A DNA stretch of 63,426 nt, counting the filler, from Choristocarpus tenellus KU-1152 (Eukaryota > Protista > Phaeophyceae), in NCBI GenBank assembly GCA_964200185.2. It is 9 parts of 9 records of this genome, joined end to end, with 100 filler letters (N's around TTAATTAATTAA, not from the genome) between each part and the next. Parts side by side here need not be neighbours in the genome. Positions count along the whole stretch, not along the records: positions 47,705 to 56,965 come from CAXNAD020003832.1; positions 57,066 to 60,152 come from CAXNAD020022407.1; positions 60,253 to 63,426 come from CAXNAD020021778.1; 6 more parts are not named here. One strand, given 5' to 3'. The stretch's first letter is position 1; each line of letters starts with the position of its first letter. The position numbers were made by a program, and so were the translations under genes. Positions 50,736-63,426 of the stretch are shown in pieces. Below the pieces are notes generated by a model. The model was not told the origin of the DNA. It searched no databases and worked only from the letters and a program-made list of their open reading frames with translations.

Positions 50736-53700
50736 TGATCATCAAAAACCAACTTCAAGGAAATCCCTGCTGCATCATACCATCTGGAAGGGATTCATGT
50801 GATTATCTCTATAATCTATCTCTGCTTGCTCTCTTGCGAATCAAACTGCAGAGCATAAACTGCAATAGTGGGTCTCCAACTAAGCACGCTACTTTTGAGC
50901 ATAGAAAGACGCTACTGAAGCTCAGCACAGGTATGTATCAGTATTGTAACTATTGTAAAAACCCTTCGATTCCATCCCAAATTAACTGCAGTGTATAGGA
51001 TAGGAAAGTTCTCCCACCTCAGAGTCAATCCTGTCTACAAACACCTCACGCTTAAGCTCTGCCAGGCACACATTCACTATGGCAAGATCTAACCTTGGTC
51101 TATCATTGTTCGGGCCCTGGCACCAGTTCAAGCTTACACCTGCTAAAGCATTTACTGACAAGTCCCTTCACGATGCCAAACCTTCCAGGTTGCTGTCCAC
51201 CTCCACATATTGGTAGGTCTTCTTTTGGGAGTGTAATCAAGTCTTCCAAATCCTATATGGTTCCCAGTTTGAGACACAACTACAGGTCTGGCACTAACAT
51301 CCCTAATGCCATTTCATGTCATTGGGAATTCCTGGCTGCATGAAACCGCTGATAGTGGTTACTCATTTCCAGAGTTGCTGAAACCTTTGTCACAGTTTCA
51401 TTCCTCATTGAGCTACTGCTGGAAATGTCTTCCCCAAGATGGACCCTACTTGTACTGAAAGATCTCCCCTCCCCTGTCCTTCCTTAGTGTAAATGTTAAT
51501 GATGAAATCCAAGTTTGCCACATTAGGTCGACCCCTTTCAGGATCCCATATTCTGCTGGAGATCATCACTGTTAAAACTGCAGTTCTCACATTCACTTTT
51601 GATATGGGGAACCAAGCGTTCTTGGCTGACCAAATTCAACGCAAATGAATATTCCCCCACAATTGACTTGGCAATGAACAGATCATCAGGGTCTGGGAAC
51701 TGCAACAACCACATTTTGCAACTGCCACTGATGTGTGTGAAATGCCAAATTCAGGGGTAGCTAGCATCAACTCCCTGATTGCCTTGCAAATACCATCAGT
51801 GACAAGTACAAGGGGTACAAATCACTAAGTTGCCTATAAAATCTGAAGTATAGGTGTGTATGAAGCACATTATCTTATCTTCTTGACTACGGATTGTGAG
51901 TGGCACACCCTCATGATATTCCTCCATCTTTTGCACAAGGTGACCTGACATGGCAGAGTCCAGGACAACCTTGGCTGCAAAAGGAGAGGTGACTCCCTGC
52001 TTCTGCACCTGTAGGTGCATAGTTACCTCAAGGTAGCTCGCCAATGGATTCACATGTATGCTCCCATCCTGACCAGGCCCACTCCACCATGTTGGTCCAT
52101 GCCTGTGATACCAAGCGGGGGGTTCAGACTCTGGCACCACAAAAAAATTAGGATTAGGGAGTATAACAGGCAAATCAAAACCCATTCACTCAGGACCAGT
52201 ATCTCTGGTATTATAATGTCCCATTTAAATGTTTGAGTTCCCCTTTCTCCCTTGATGGTCACCACCTGCACCCAAATGGCTTGGCCTGATCCCCCATCAT
52301 GTTTAGCAAATACTACTCTGGCTATTGTATAGCATTGTTGCTATCGTGGAGGTATTACAATCATCCCAAACTGATGATACAAAACAATCATACAGCCCAC
52401 AACACAGGTATGGCAAGAAGGGGATTCAGTCCCTCTTTCCACTATTATGAGATTTTTCCAGAGAACTGTCGTTCAGGTTGGTACTGACAAACTTATGGCA
52501 GTCCTGGAAGTTGCCTTTTGTTCTGTGTGTTAGAGGGTTTTCCAAATGCTCTACTTGTACACAATGGCACCCTCATAGACATGTAACTTCCATGCCTAAT
52601 GAAGGATGAGAGCAATAAGGGTATCAGAGTCTTTTGCTCTATCAGGCTAACATTTTGCTTGAGGCATCATCAGATTTTTGTGTGATGCAGGAGGTGTGCA
52701 AGGAGTGTCCTGGACAGCATATTGGTGGGTCTTAGTTGCTACATCTCTGTTGCTATTCCCATATTTCACAATAAAACTTCATGGCAGAAGATTTTCGTCC
52801 ATAGATCTTTTTGACAAATGCCTTTACTACATTTGAGCCATCGGTGGCAGAATGGGAATAATTCCTTATAGGTTGATCAGCATGGCCTTGGTCTCTCCGA
52901 GCTAAAGGCACTGCTCTTCCTCTGAGACTTGCCATCTCAACAACCAGCACTGTACCCTTTATCACATTATTTAATATCTACACTTGAGCATATATTAAAC
53001 CAAGACCCAAATGAACTCCAGTTCATTGTATTTCAGAAATTGATATTTGTGAATATCCACTGCAATCTCCTGCCTCCAGAGACATTCGAAAAAAAAACTC
53101 ACCCTAAACCTTCATGCACTATGTAGATTCACATCTCTTCCCATTGGGGCAAGTGTGTCAATGTCGTGCATGCACTATGTAGTTTGTGTGAAAGCTGGAA
53201 TTGGTGGAAGACCTGCAAACGCCCATCAAACCCTGGCGACTGTTGGGATAAAGGTGGATGCCTCGACTCTAGAAAATTCGTTTCTGTCACCTGCTGCATA
53301 GATGCATGCCTTTCTATTCACTATCATCTCCACATTTGTCAGCAGAGCATCTGGAGTGATCCCCCCCACAATGATGTCATCCGGTGGAACATCATCTAAA
53401 TTGACAACTCCAAGAACATCAGTCGTATGTATTTGAAATTGTGATTTGGCATGTAGATTATGCTGAGGTATGTGCGTAGGCCAGAGTAATCCACACTGGT
53501 GACTAGTTTCTGCCCCTGAACGGATAAAAGCAAATTGCTTGTGTCCCTTGAATAGGTGCAGGGTGGCACAACATGTTGCCCACTGGAGATTCATTGTCTC
53601 CTAAGTCTGGCGTAGGAAATGGGTACTCCATCCTGCAATCAACTACTCATTAGTCTGTCACCAACCAATGCTCCCCACTTCTTGGGATTGCATATAGATA

Positions 53701-55151
53701 GGCTGCTCCGCAGTGCCCATATGAAGTGTTGTAGCATTTTGAGGACATCCAGCACATGTAGAAAGGTAGTCAAGTGCTGTTTACCTTGGGTGTTGGTAAT
53801 GGGCATGACTTTAAGTGTCACCCTCGTCTTCAGTCCCATTCTCATGTAACCCATCTTCAACCAAGGTCTGTGACCCAGAGCCCCACCAACCCTTTCATTG
53901 TGCTTGCAGATCACCTGTTGAACACTAACTCTACACACCTAAGGAAGAATACCAGCCTCATAGGAAAATGCAATAGATGAAAACTCACAGGAGGAATTAA
54001 GAGAGTGAAGGTTAGTCACACACCATCATAATTAAAACCCAGAGAAACATCAATGCCACTAGCATCATCGTCCCAAAAGATGTCACTGGTTGGCTTGGTT
54101 TAGTCTTGAGAGGGTATAGAACTAAGTTCTAGAGCTGGACTGTCATAAAAATGCAATACAGTACCCTCATCCATAAGGAGAAGTCTCACATATGTGAAGA
54201 AAATATCATTTGGTTTGTTTTAATATGCACCAAAATGAATACAAAAGAGGGAAGGTCGGTCAGGGTTCGTGATGTCTGAGTGGTCATTCCTCTCTCACTA
54301 ATTGAGGATGAATGTCCTTAATTCAGGCATGGTCATCATCTACTTACTAAAATAATCATGGGGAAGTTAGTTACTGCTACCTAAACCATCCATGCTACAC
54401 TTGGGGACTGAGTTGGAGCTGGGCACCACACCAACATATTATTATTGTAATATACGCAAGTGGGTGGCAATGTACATATTGAAGCACAGGTTTTTAGACA
54501 TCCGCTTTTGCTTTGTGGATCAACATTGCAAGCAAAGATGCTTCCTAAGTCACATCCACATCTTCTAACACTATTTTCTTGTTACATTGTCTTCAATAGG
54601 ATACATTTAACATTTTTTGCTGGGTCATAATTATACCATAAAGATACAGTAGCAATCAGCAAGGAATAACCGTATGAACTGAAAAAAAATGATTCCCAAA
54701 CTATAGACGGCAACATTGTTCCCTTGCCCTCCTAATATATAAATAAAACTATGGGCTTCAAGCACTAGTATGCATGCATAAGGTGTTCTCTTTGAAAGAT
54801 TGCTGCTGTATCAAAAAGGTTACTGCATCACTGACACAAGGTACAAGAAGAATAAGGCAAGAACTTGCTACATGAAACGATCATTGCCCAATTGGTTAGA
54901 ATTTGGTATAGATTGCATTGGGTCCCAAACAATGAAAAAAAGCTTAACTTTTCAGCTTGCAGCACAGCAACACACACAAAAAGTTGTCCTTTGAATTGGC
55001 AATGTGATGAGAAATAACTCTTATAGTTCATGTCTCCCTTTAGTGTTCATTTAAAGGTCAATCACGAGTTGGCACTTTGACAGAGGAGGGTACAACAGCC
55101 TCTGGGCTCACAGAAACAAGAGTGAGGACCCCAAACCATATGTCCTGTCTT

Positions 55152-56427
55152 CTACCTCTCACTTGCCCACCAGGACTCAAAGTTTTCTCCTTTTCCTCCA
55201 TCTGATCTTTGGCGATTTGGACCAACCAACAACCATTGCACTCTATACTCCTCCTTCGTGAATTTTGTGCGGTTATTCCTCATAAAGTTCTCTAGTTCAC
55301 CTTGTGTCATGCTCAAAAGGGCGACATACTGGCTGGCACACCCAAATCGCTCTGCAACAAAATCCCTATTTCCATGACTGCTATTGCTTGTCCCACCTGC
55401 ACTCTTCGAAAAGTTATCATCCTGTGACTGCTGGTTGGTTCCAATTGCGTCCCCAACTGTTTGCTGCAAAGTTTTTACGATCTTGTTGAGCTTACCTACC
55501 CCACCTACAGTTATAGCACGCGCCATTGTAAAGCTCAATGAAAGCACAAACAACCTTGGCACTAAGCGAGGCAATGGTGCCAGTACAAAAGATAGATATT
55601 CGCCTGAACAAATAGCACTGAGGCTGCCTTTCCGTTCCCTTGGGCTGAACGCCTCATACTCTTCCCGAAGGCTTCGGTTCAGATCCACAACACATTGGTC
55701 TTCCACACTCCCAAGACTCATGGCTGTTGTTGAACCCTTCCCACTGTCCACCCCTAGGTCGACTGAAGGGAGCTGGTGCATGTAGTGGCTTACTATGGCA
55801 AACACCTGTGCACGGGTGGGAAGAAGAAAATAAAATAGTAGCATAATGTCAGTGCTTGTAAGTGAAATTAAGTATTGGTAACCACACTGTTCACCATTCC
55901 ACGACAATATATACGTACACCTTGGACAAAGTTTTAAAACCACTCAAACACCACAAACTAATCAATGGGGAGCCAATAGCAGCATCTTTTACAACTCAAC
56001 ACAATAAAAGAGCAAGGGTTATGGCAGCTTGAAAAATGAAGAAAAAATAGTACGAGGACACCCTGGCACCCCAGTCACACCCCCAACTTTATGCATCTCT
56101 TGCCCTAACCTCAAGACGGAGACAGAGCAGACTGTCATCTGCCAGTTTGGACAGCTTTCGTGCCATGCTGCTTAGTTTATGGTATGGAGACGCTGCATCC
56201 ACCCCTGGCATTGGTTTCAGGCCTTCAAAGCCACGAGAGCGTAGTGGAGAACCTCTCTTGCCCCCTGGGTTTGTCCCAGATCCAGTCTCTGGCCCATCCA
56301 GACTTGACCTGTTTTGTCGCTGCTGCTGTTGGAGAGCATTGCACATCTTGAGCAGCTTGTGACCAAGCCAGTCACAGCTGTATCCAAGGCAAGCTACAGC
56401 TTGCTGTTTCCGTAGTGACAAAAGACT
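55152..56427 (-). CDS. SEC8: Exocyst complex component Sec8/EXOC4, last two exons (partial)
   Basis: Exons 56427-56110 and 55805-55152 splice in phase to LSKLADDSLLCLRLE|VFAIVSHY; downstream ITVGGVGKLNKIVKTLQQT, ASQYVALL and FTKEEY match the Sec8 C-terminal pattern. Confidence 0.75.
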
Positions 56428-59400
56428 CTGAGAGAAAGAGATGGGGGGCAAGGGTTTCCTTCTGTACTATATCAATCCAAGTTCTACAAAGATAACTATA
56501 GTGGAAAGATCAGGAGAAAGTGACATTACAAATGCAGGTGACAAATAATCCAGGCAAAACATATTGTCAATAAACAACTGCCCTGCCTCTATCAATCTAA
56601 ACTTGATACGAGTGGGTTCTACATATTGACCAATGTATTGCTCATGATAACGCACTCAACCAAACAATACAAGGGATCAATATATATTTTCAAGATCATG
56701 TTCTGAAGTTACGCCAACCTAACAAGTTGACCATTGTTAGGCTTTTATTTGGTCAACAATTTGGGTCTCAGGTTTGGATTAAGTTTGTCACGCAGATGCC
56801 AACTCTTTTCAGATATATTTTCAATGGTTGTTGCTAGAAGGTCATTTCAAAACAGGTTTGGGAAAGATGAAACTATATCTAAGATGCCGCCAGTTCCAAT
56901 TGGGTCAAAGTATCTTGGGGGGGGGGGTGTCGGCGTCCGTTTTCCACCCTTTTTTCAATTTTCACNNNNNNNNNNNNNNNNNNNNNNNNNNNNNNNNNNN
57001 NNNNNNNNNTTAATTAATTAANNNNNNNNNNNNNNNNNNNNNNNNNNNNNNNNNNNNNNNNNNNNCCCCAGATACTTTGAGCCTCCACCCTGGAACCCTT
57101 ACACTAGCTAGTGGGTACCCCTATATACTGGGAATCAGCGAGTTTGCCTCTGCTTGCCTATATCTCATGGTAGCGATTATCTGGACTTAATAATATCAAG
57201 AATGTTGCCAATACAATTGGTGTGAAACGGATATCAGCCTACTAAACTGTGTACTGTTTCATATTGTAGTCTGTTCGTTTCCTCAGGGTTGGCATTGTAC
57301 CATGCTGCTAGATGAAGATCACATATCAATGAGACTCCATTGTCCCACTGTGTTCACAGGGTGTTGGTGTAATGTGATCGGGGAGGTGGAAACTTTACAT
57401 GAACTTGGACCCAAGAGTGCCCACCCAGTTTTACTGTGAAGGAACATACTTGATCTTGTTGTAGTTCAAATACAATACTCGGAGTAGCTGGTGAGGTAGA
57501 GTTCTCAGTCTATACTACTGAGAACATCGAAGGACGTTTTTTCTCTCACACAATCCATCTTCTACATGTCACTATCTTTCCCCTACAGAGTTACATCTCA
57601 GAGATCCAAGGTGCAAAATTTTGCCTTGTGATATCATGTGATGACCCGCAGACAAGCAGGTAAGTTTATGTGGACAATTCTTTTCGACAGAGTCATGTTG
57701 TGGGAAGGATTGGGCAATTCTTACATCCTAATGCTCAGTATCTCCAATTTTTGAAGTAGGCCCATCATGACGAATCCACATTCAATTTGATACAACACCC
57801 TCAAGAATCTCTCTGACCGGCTTCAACACGTTATGAACAAGTTGCGTAGGGTTGGAGGGAATTCGATACATGGTGGAGAATAATAATGGTTAAGAGATAT
57901 GCGAAAGTTGACTAATCTGTTCAAAGAAACAACTGCTGTAAAAACATTGATTGACATTTCTTCCGTCTGGCCGTATGTACATACAGATTCATCGACTCCT
58001 TGGCAGCTGGGTGTATACCGCTTGTCATCGACAGTGGGTTCCACATGACAGCTGCTCCATTCAACCGGTTGATAAACTACGATCAGTTTATGATCACTGT
58101 GCCGTCTCAGGTCATGTGCCACCCTTATGCTTAGCGAAAATCGGCATCTGAGGGTCAAGAGTGCATCAGAGTGGTGCTAAACCCAAGTCACTACATTGAG
58201 TCCAGGCGCACAGTACCTTGTGGCTGTCACTTGTTGAGTTTGCTGTACATCACGTATTGAGAGTACTAAATAATATATCCCTGGCTGTAGAGCTTCATAG
58301 TGGGATTTTTTTTTTACTTGGACCGTGACGGTTTTGACAGGTGTCAAAGATGGCGTGGGTACACAACCAAGTTTATGAATATTTGCAAAACTCAAACCAA
58401 AATCGTACCTGCTGGCATGAATGATTCTACCGATACTGCCTGTGTTACCTTGTTTTTTAGTTCCCACTCTGCTTCAGTATGTTTCTACATTTAAAATATA
58501 TTTTTCCTTCCATATGGCTTCGTACCCTGAACATGGGCTTGTGCTATTGGTTGGCCTCTCAGGTTTGGAACGAGGATCCAGCTGGCGCAGTGCACGAGAT
58601 CTACACTCTTCCAGAGTCTAGGATAAGAGGTCTCCACAATGGAATGATCGAGGCTCGAAAGCATCTACTATGGGAACATCCGGAAAGCATGGTTGCAACT
58701 CATGGACTGACAGAGATAAAGGAAGACTGCCTCTCACTGGGGGCACCAACCAACTTCCGCCACAAGGAGTAATCAATTCCATTACTACCATCAAATACCT
58801 GAACGTGGGAGAGTTGTAGGGCATAATTTTGCTGAAGTGGAAAGAAGTATTAATATTTCTGCAATCTGAATAGTCATGCGTACTACATACTTTATAGACA
58901 TGTCAAATATATTTTTCTTAAGAGAATGTTGATTTTGATTCACCTTGTGAAAGCAGGATGGAATCATGCATCTGTATGTGCCCACCTGTATGTGCCCACC
59001 TGACACTAAATCAAAACATGAATCCACAAAAGATAACTGTAGTGGAATGACTTCGATGCAGTGAGGCGAGGGCATCAAAATAGTTTAGGGAGAAGGGGGA
59101 GTGTGACAAAAGCAAAAGGTGTTGGGGTGACTGAACCCATGATGTGAGGAGAGTTCAAAGCACACACGGGTCCATGCAATTAGCCATTGTGCGTAAGTTG
59201 TTATGTTCGTAGAAAATTATATACACTGCATTTGGCAGTGCTCAGAAGTGGATGAAGACTTGTGTTTTAATAATTGTCAAATCAGATGCTTGTTTGTTTG
59301 TTTGTCGGAGAAAGCGTGCATTCGTGTGTTGCATTGTTTCTGCTAACAACAATTCGAGCTCACAGTACATACTCATACAGTCTCTCCCCATACTTTGTTA

Positions 59401-59934
59401 GGTTGGATAGGGAATAATTGCCTATGCAAAAAGGGGGAGGGGGCGGGGTTCATTGAGAAGAGTTGATACAATGGAAGTACATCTTAACCCGAGATGCAGT
59501 TTGAGGTAGTATATTGTAGAGTAAGGACTTATGGTAGTAGATTGTGTATGGACAATAGAAACAGTGTGTACATTGCGGAGAAAAAGCATCGCACCTCAAG
59601 ATGGTTTGTTGTAGTAATAATGTATGTACGTTTTTGACCTACATTTTCCCACCAACATGGCACGGTTGAGAGAACGATGTTCCACCACTTCCTTCTTCTT
59701 ACAAAACATGATTTCAGAGTAGTACCTGAGTCACCCATGGCATTCAAGGCAGAAGGAGCACGATAAAGTGTAGGAAATGACCCTTAACTATTATGTTTCT
59801 TCTTGTTATGGTGTTGTCGTTATCGGTATTATTTGGAGTGATCAGAAATCCGTTAGGGTGTCGCTTGGGTGCCTCCTCACCACCTTATTTTTTTTAAGTA
59901 ATCTGAAGGGTATGTTTTTATGTCTATACGTAAA

Positions 59935-60152
59935 GATATTTTAGTATTATGCCCTCTGACCTTTTTCAGAGGTGTCAGGGGGGGAAAAAATGAAAACTAT
60001 TCACATCTCAGTATAAGCCCTAAAGAAATAAAATATAATAAATGTGAAAAACACTAATCTATTTGTTACTTCACCACTATCAATATTGTACTACTGCTTT
60101 CCTGTGCCTCCAATCTACCTACTACTGCGTCCCGGGGGGAGGAGCTAGGGAG
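59935..60152 (-). mobile_element. 3' UTR remnant of CRE-like element
   Basis: GCCCTCTGACCTTTTTCAGAGGTGTCAGGGGG stem-loop with adjacent TAA-rich tail; GAGCTAGGGA motif shared with other copies. Confidence 0.65.
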
Positions 60153-61419
60153 NNNNNNNNNNNNNNNNNNNNNNNNNNNNNNNNNNNNNNNNNNNNTTAA
60201 TTAATTAANNNNNNNNNNNNNNNNNNNNNNNNNNNNNNNNNNNNNNNNNNNNGGGGGGGGGGGGGGGGGGGGGGAGGGGGGGTGGGGTGTGGGGGGGTGT
60301 GGTTGGTGGGGTTTTTTTTTTGGGGGGGGGGGGGGGGGAGGGAGTGAAGGAAGCCATAGTGTTTGGAGGGTTTGTGTGTATCTTAAGGCGTTTTGGTATT
60401 TGGGAGACGTGTGAGAAGAACGGGTCTATGATTGTACAGGTGGTTGAGGTAGGTTTTAATGGTGAGGATTCATTGGTAGGGTATTGAACAGGGGTAGTTT
60501 TTAGTGTGTGTGTGAGGGTGTTGCAAGTTTGGGGCTGACGTTATAGGGTTGTATGTGTGGGGTGGATTTAATGGCGAGGTATGGGAGAGGAAATATGTCT
60601 ATAGTAATGTGGATGGTTGCTGTTAGAGATGTTGATGGAAGGGTTAGACTCAAGGAAGGCGTGTTACTTCTGGAGGGTTTGTTTATATTCGAAGGCGTGA
60701 TGGGTAGGGGTGAGGTTTTTGGATTTGTGGAAGATTCACAAGAGAAGTCAGTCATTTTTTATTTTTATTTTGAAGTTTCTGTTGTTTTTTGGGGAGGGAA
60801 GTGGGGAGAGTTGGGAGGGGGGGGGGCAGGGCATAGCGTTGTACTGATTAATTTTTGAGGTTTTGCTTGGAGATACAGGTGTTGTGAGATTTGGGCCATG
60901 GTAGGGTTTGGACTTTATCTTTTCAAGAGTACAAATAATGCCATTTTTTTTCAAATCGTTACTGTCAGTACAAGTGTTTTTAATATATATATTTTTTCTT
61001 TGTTAGGTTCATTATGTAATTGGGAAACAGGGACACTACAAATTTCATTCCATGGTCTGTGTTCTTGTTTCTTAAAGAAGTTTTGTGTCCTCCTTGTGGA
61101 GTGTGTCTCTCTAATGTGGGTTGGTCACGGTGGCAGGATAAGGTTAGGGAACAGCGTTTGTTTTCTTTAATTGATTACTGTTCCTGTGAAGTGGTTGAAA
61201 GAACAGTAGGTGCCCAACTAAGGACTTATTTTTTTGTCACGTCTGAGAGTTGTACCACACGTCTATTTCTCTCTGGGTGATGGATAAATTTCTAAACACC
61301 GGCGATTTTCTTTTTTTTTAATTGATTTAAATTTTGAATGCACTTTTTTGTTTTTTTGTGTGTGTGTGTGATCGGGGGTTTGTATGTTGTTGTTGTACGT
61401 GTGGCGGTGTTTTTTGTAG

Positions 61420-62770
61420 GTGAGTGGTGAATCAGGTGCAGGGAAGACAGAGACGACGAAAATCATCATGAAGTACCTTGCCATCCTCGGAGGACACGAC
61501 TCGGAGGCGCTTCTGGCGGGGGATGATTCGGTGATCTCCATCGAGCAGCAGGTAATCGAACCTGGGGGCGTAGTTTAAAATAAAATTGTTCGTTGTGGTT
61601 GATCTGACGTACACGCTGTAGGTCTCCTCTTGATTAGAGTAAAGTTGATTCTTGATTAAATTTTTTTTTATTTGTTGTGTGTGTGTGTGTGTGTTGGTGT
61701 TGCTATTGTGATGGGATGCGGTGGACAGGTGTTGCAAAGCAATCCTATCTTGGAGGCGTTTGGGAACGCGCGTACAGTCCGTAATGATAACTCCTCTCGA
61801 TTTGGAAAGTTCATCGAGATCGACTTCGACAAGGATGGCTTTTTGATTGGAGCGGCCATCAGGTACGGTACGCGTTTTTTGTTGTTGTTGTTGTTGTTGT
61901 TGTTGATGCTTGCGCTGGCTCTCCGCCGCTGTTGGAGCAGGACCAAGGAGTGGTAAGGAGTGGTAAGAAGTGGTGCGTGGCAGCCCGGTGGATGTAGATG
62001 ATTGGTTGATTGTTTGTGTCACGTGGTCGGTTGATGGGGATTGATTGGCGTTGATGTATAGATGGTTCAGCAACATGCTGTTGGTGTTAGTGTTGGTGTT
62101 GGTTTTAGTGCGTGGTCCGTGATGACGTTGAAGGTAGGTTGAGGGTTTGTTAGTGGGTCTCAAGGGCGAGGCGGTGGTGCAACATGGTATATTGTGTGTG
62201 TGGAGGTGTTTTTGGTTTACCTCGGGCCCTTGACGATCGTGTTGTGGGTGAGTTATTATTAGATATTCGTGTGTTGTGTTGTGTTATGTTATGTTTACTT
62301 TTTCTTTTTTATAGCTGTTTACTGAAGGGAGCTGCTGAAGGGAGTTGGTACTATAAACACGTGCGTGTGTCAGTGCTGTTTTGTTAGGGTTAGTGTAATA
62401 CGTCCCTTTTTTTAAAAAAATTAAAAAAAATCTCGTAGTGGAATGCAATGGCGTCTTCCGGGGAGAGCCTAACCTTGAGTTATTTTTTATTTTATTTTAT
62501 GTTGACATCTCTCGACGCGCTCCTGCATTGGAAAAATTCTCAAGAACGTTCCTCCTGGAGAAGATCCGTTTGGTGCACACCAGCGAGGGGGAGCGTAACT
62601 TTCATATATTCTATCTGCTCATGGCTGGTACCACCGAGGAGGAGAGGAAGCGGTGGCTGCTGGAGCCGGATCCCAGTCGATATCATTACACGAGCCAGAG
62701 CAAGTGCTACTTGAGAAGGGATGGGGTCATGGATTCGGAGCTGTGGAGGGAGTTGATCAAGGCGATGAAG
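61420..62770 (+). CDS. Myosin motor domain, three internal exons (partial)
   Basis: Exons 61420-61551 ([15 protein letters not shown]-loop), 61729-61862 ([24 protein letters not shown], switch I) and 62545-62770 ([14 protein letters not shown]); phases 0 and 2 are consistent. Confidence 0.96.
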
Positions 62771-63091
62771 GTTTGTGTGTGGTTTTTGGTGTGGTTTTAT
62801 TGGGGGAAGGCAGGAAAGGTTAGTTTGATGACCTTGCTATGGCGTGTGAAGGTTGGTTTGGTTTGGCGGGGGATGGGGTGGGGTGGGGTGGTGTGAAGGA
62901 GCTTCGGGGGTTGGGTGTGGTTTTTTTTGGAATGGTCTTGGGATGTGTTTTGTTTTGATTTGTCATGGCTTCGAGTTGGAATTGTGTTCTGAGATGATGC
63001 TTTTTTTGTTTGTTTGTTGGTATTGACGTATTAGATTTCTTTTTTTTTTCTTTCTGCAGTGGTGTGCAGTATGAGAGGTCGTTCAGGTCGA

Positions 63092-63133
63092 GTTAGGGTT
63101 AGGGTTAAGGTTAATTAACATTAGGGTTAGGGG
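63092..63133 (+). repeat. Short interstitial TTAGGG-like tract
   Basis: TTAGGGTTAGGGTTAAGGTTAATTAACATTAGGGTTAGGGG; shorter tracts near 5732, 21290, 22348 and 30148. Confidence 0.6.
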
Positions 63134-63426
63134 TTAATTACGCTCGTTTGTGTTTGGATAGGTGTGTGTATGGGCTGAGGATTTGGTGAAGAATCCTGTT
63201 TAAAGGCTTTATTTTTATGTGACACCAGTCATACACTGTATTTTATAGAAGAGAAGAAGGTGGTGTGTCCCATGTAGGTTACAGCCCCGTCAGTGCAGGA
63301 CTTGTAAGTTAGTCTTTTGCAAGGACAGGAGTAAGACCGGTTTGGGGCTCGAAGTCAATGCCTACCGCTGGCGGTGAATGGTGTGACAGGGTCAAACTAT
63401 CTGGGGGGGGGGGGTGTGAGGGGTTG

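Noticed and set aside
56902-57083. One family B MITE spanning the linker
   Set aside because: Flanks (AATT vs TCCA) do not form a TSD and the join is artificial.
61432-62163. 243-aa minus-strand Q/T/N-rich ORF
   Set aside because: Antisense to myosin exons and intronic microsatellites.
63092-63133. True telomere
   Set aside because: Only a few degenerate TTAGGG units, internal to the contig.

Overview
Eukaryotic, intron-rich and repeat-rich DNA, most likely from a photosynthetic stramenopile (ochrophyte, possibly brown-alga-related). This assignment is inferred from a signal+transit+lumen presequence and the gene structure. The window is nine sequence pieces joined by eight artificial 100-bp linkers (N44-TTAATTAATTAA-N44), so adjacency across linkers is not biological evidence. 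Most ORFs in the supplied track are spurious; real genes had to be spliced by hand. Genes found: a 12-exon lysophospholipid-acyltransferase-like gene (AGPAT/LCLAT1 family, 28005-17785, minus) whose catalytic NHxxxxD motif lacks the His; a complete 4-exon gene for a predicted thylakoid-lumen protein (34312-32107, minus); the 3' end of a coiled-coil/villin-headpiece gene; a SANBR/KIAA1841-like exon; the last two exons of exocyst SEC8; and three myosin motor-domain exons. Mobile DNA: a decayed chromodomain-bearing Ty3/Gypsy element with PPT and LTR start, which has an antisense CCCH-zinc-finger ORF where gag would be expected; three related MITE families with GAG/GG-type termini, one with clear 4-bp TSDs (Sola2-like) and one copy nested in another; many 3' remnants of a CRE-like non-LTR retrotransposon ending in a stem-loop plus (TAA)n tail; a Ty1/copia relic; and weaker DDE-transposase relics. 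No database searches were run; all family assignments come from motif recognition.
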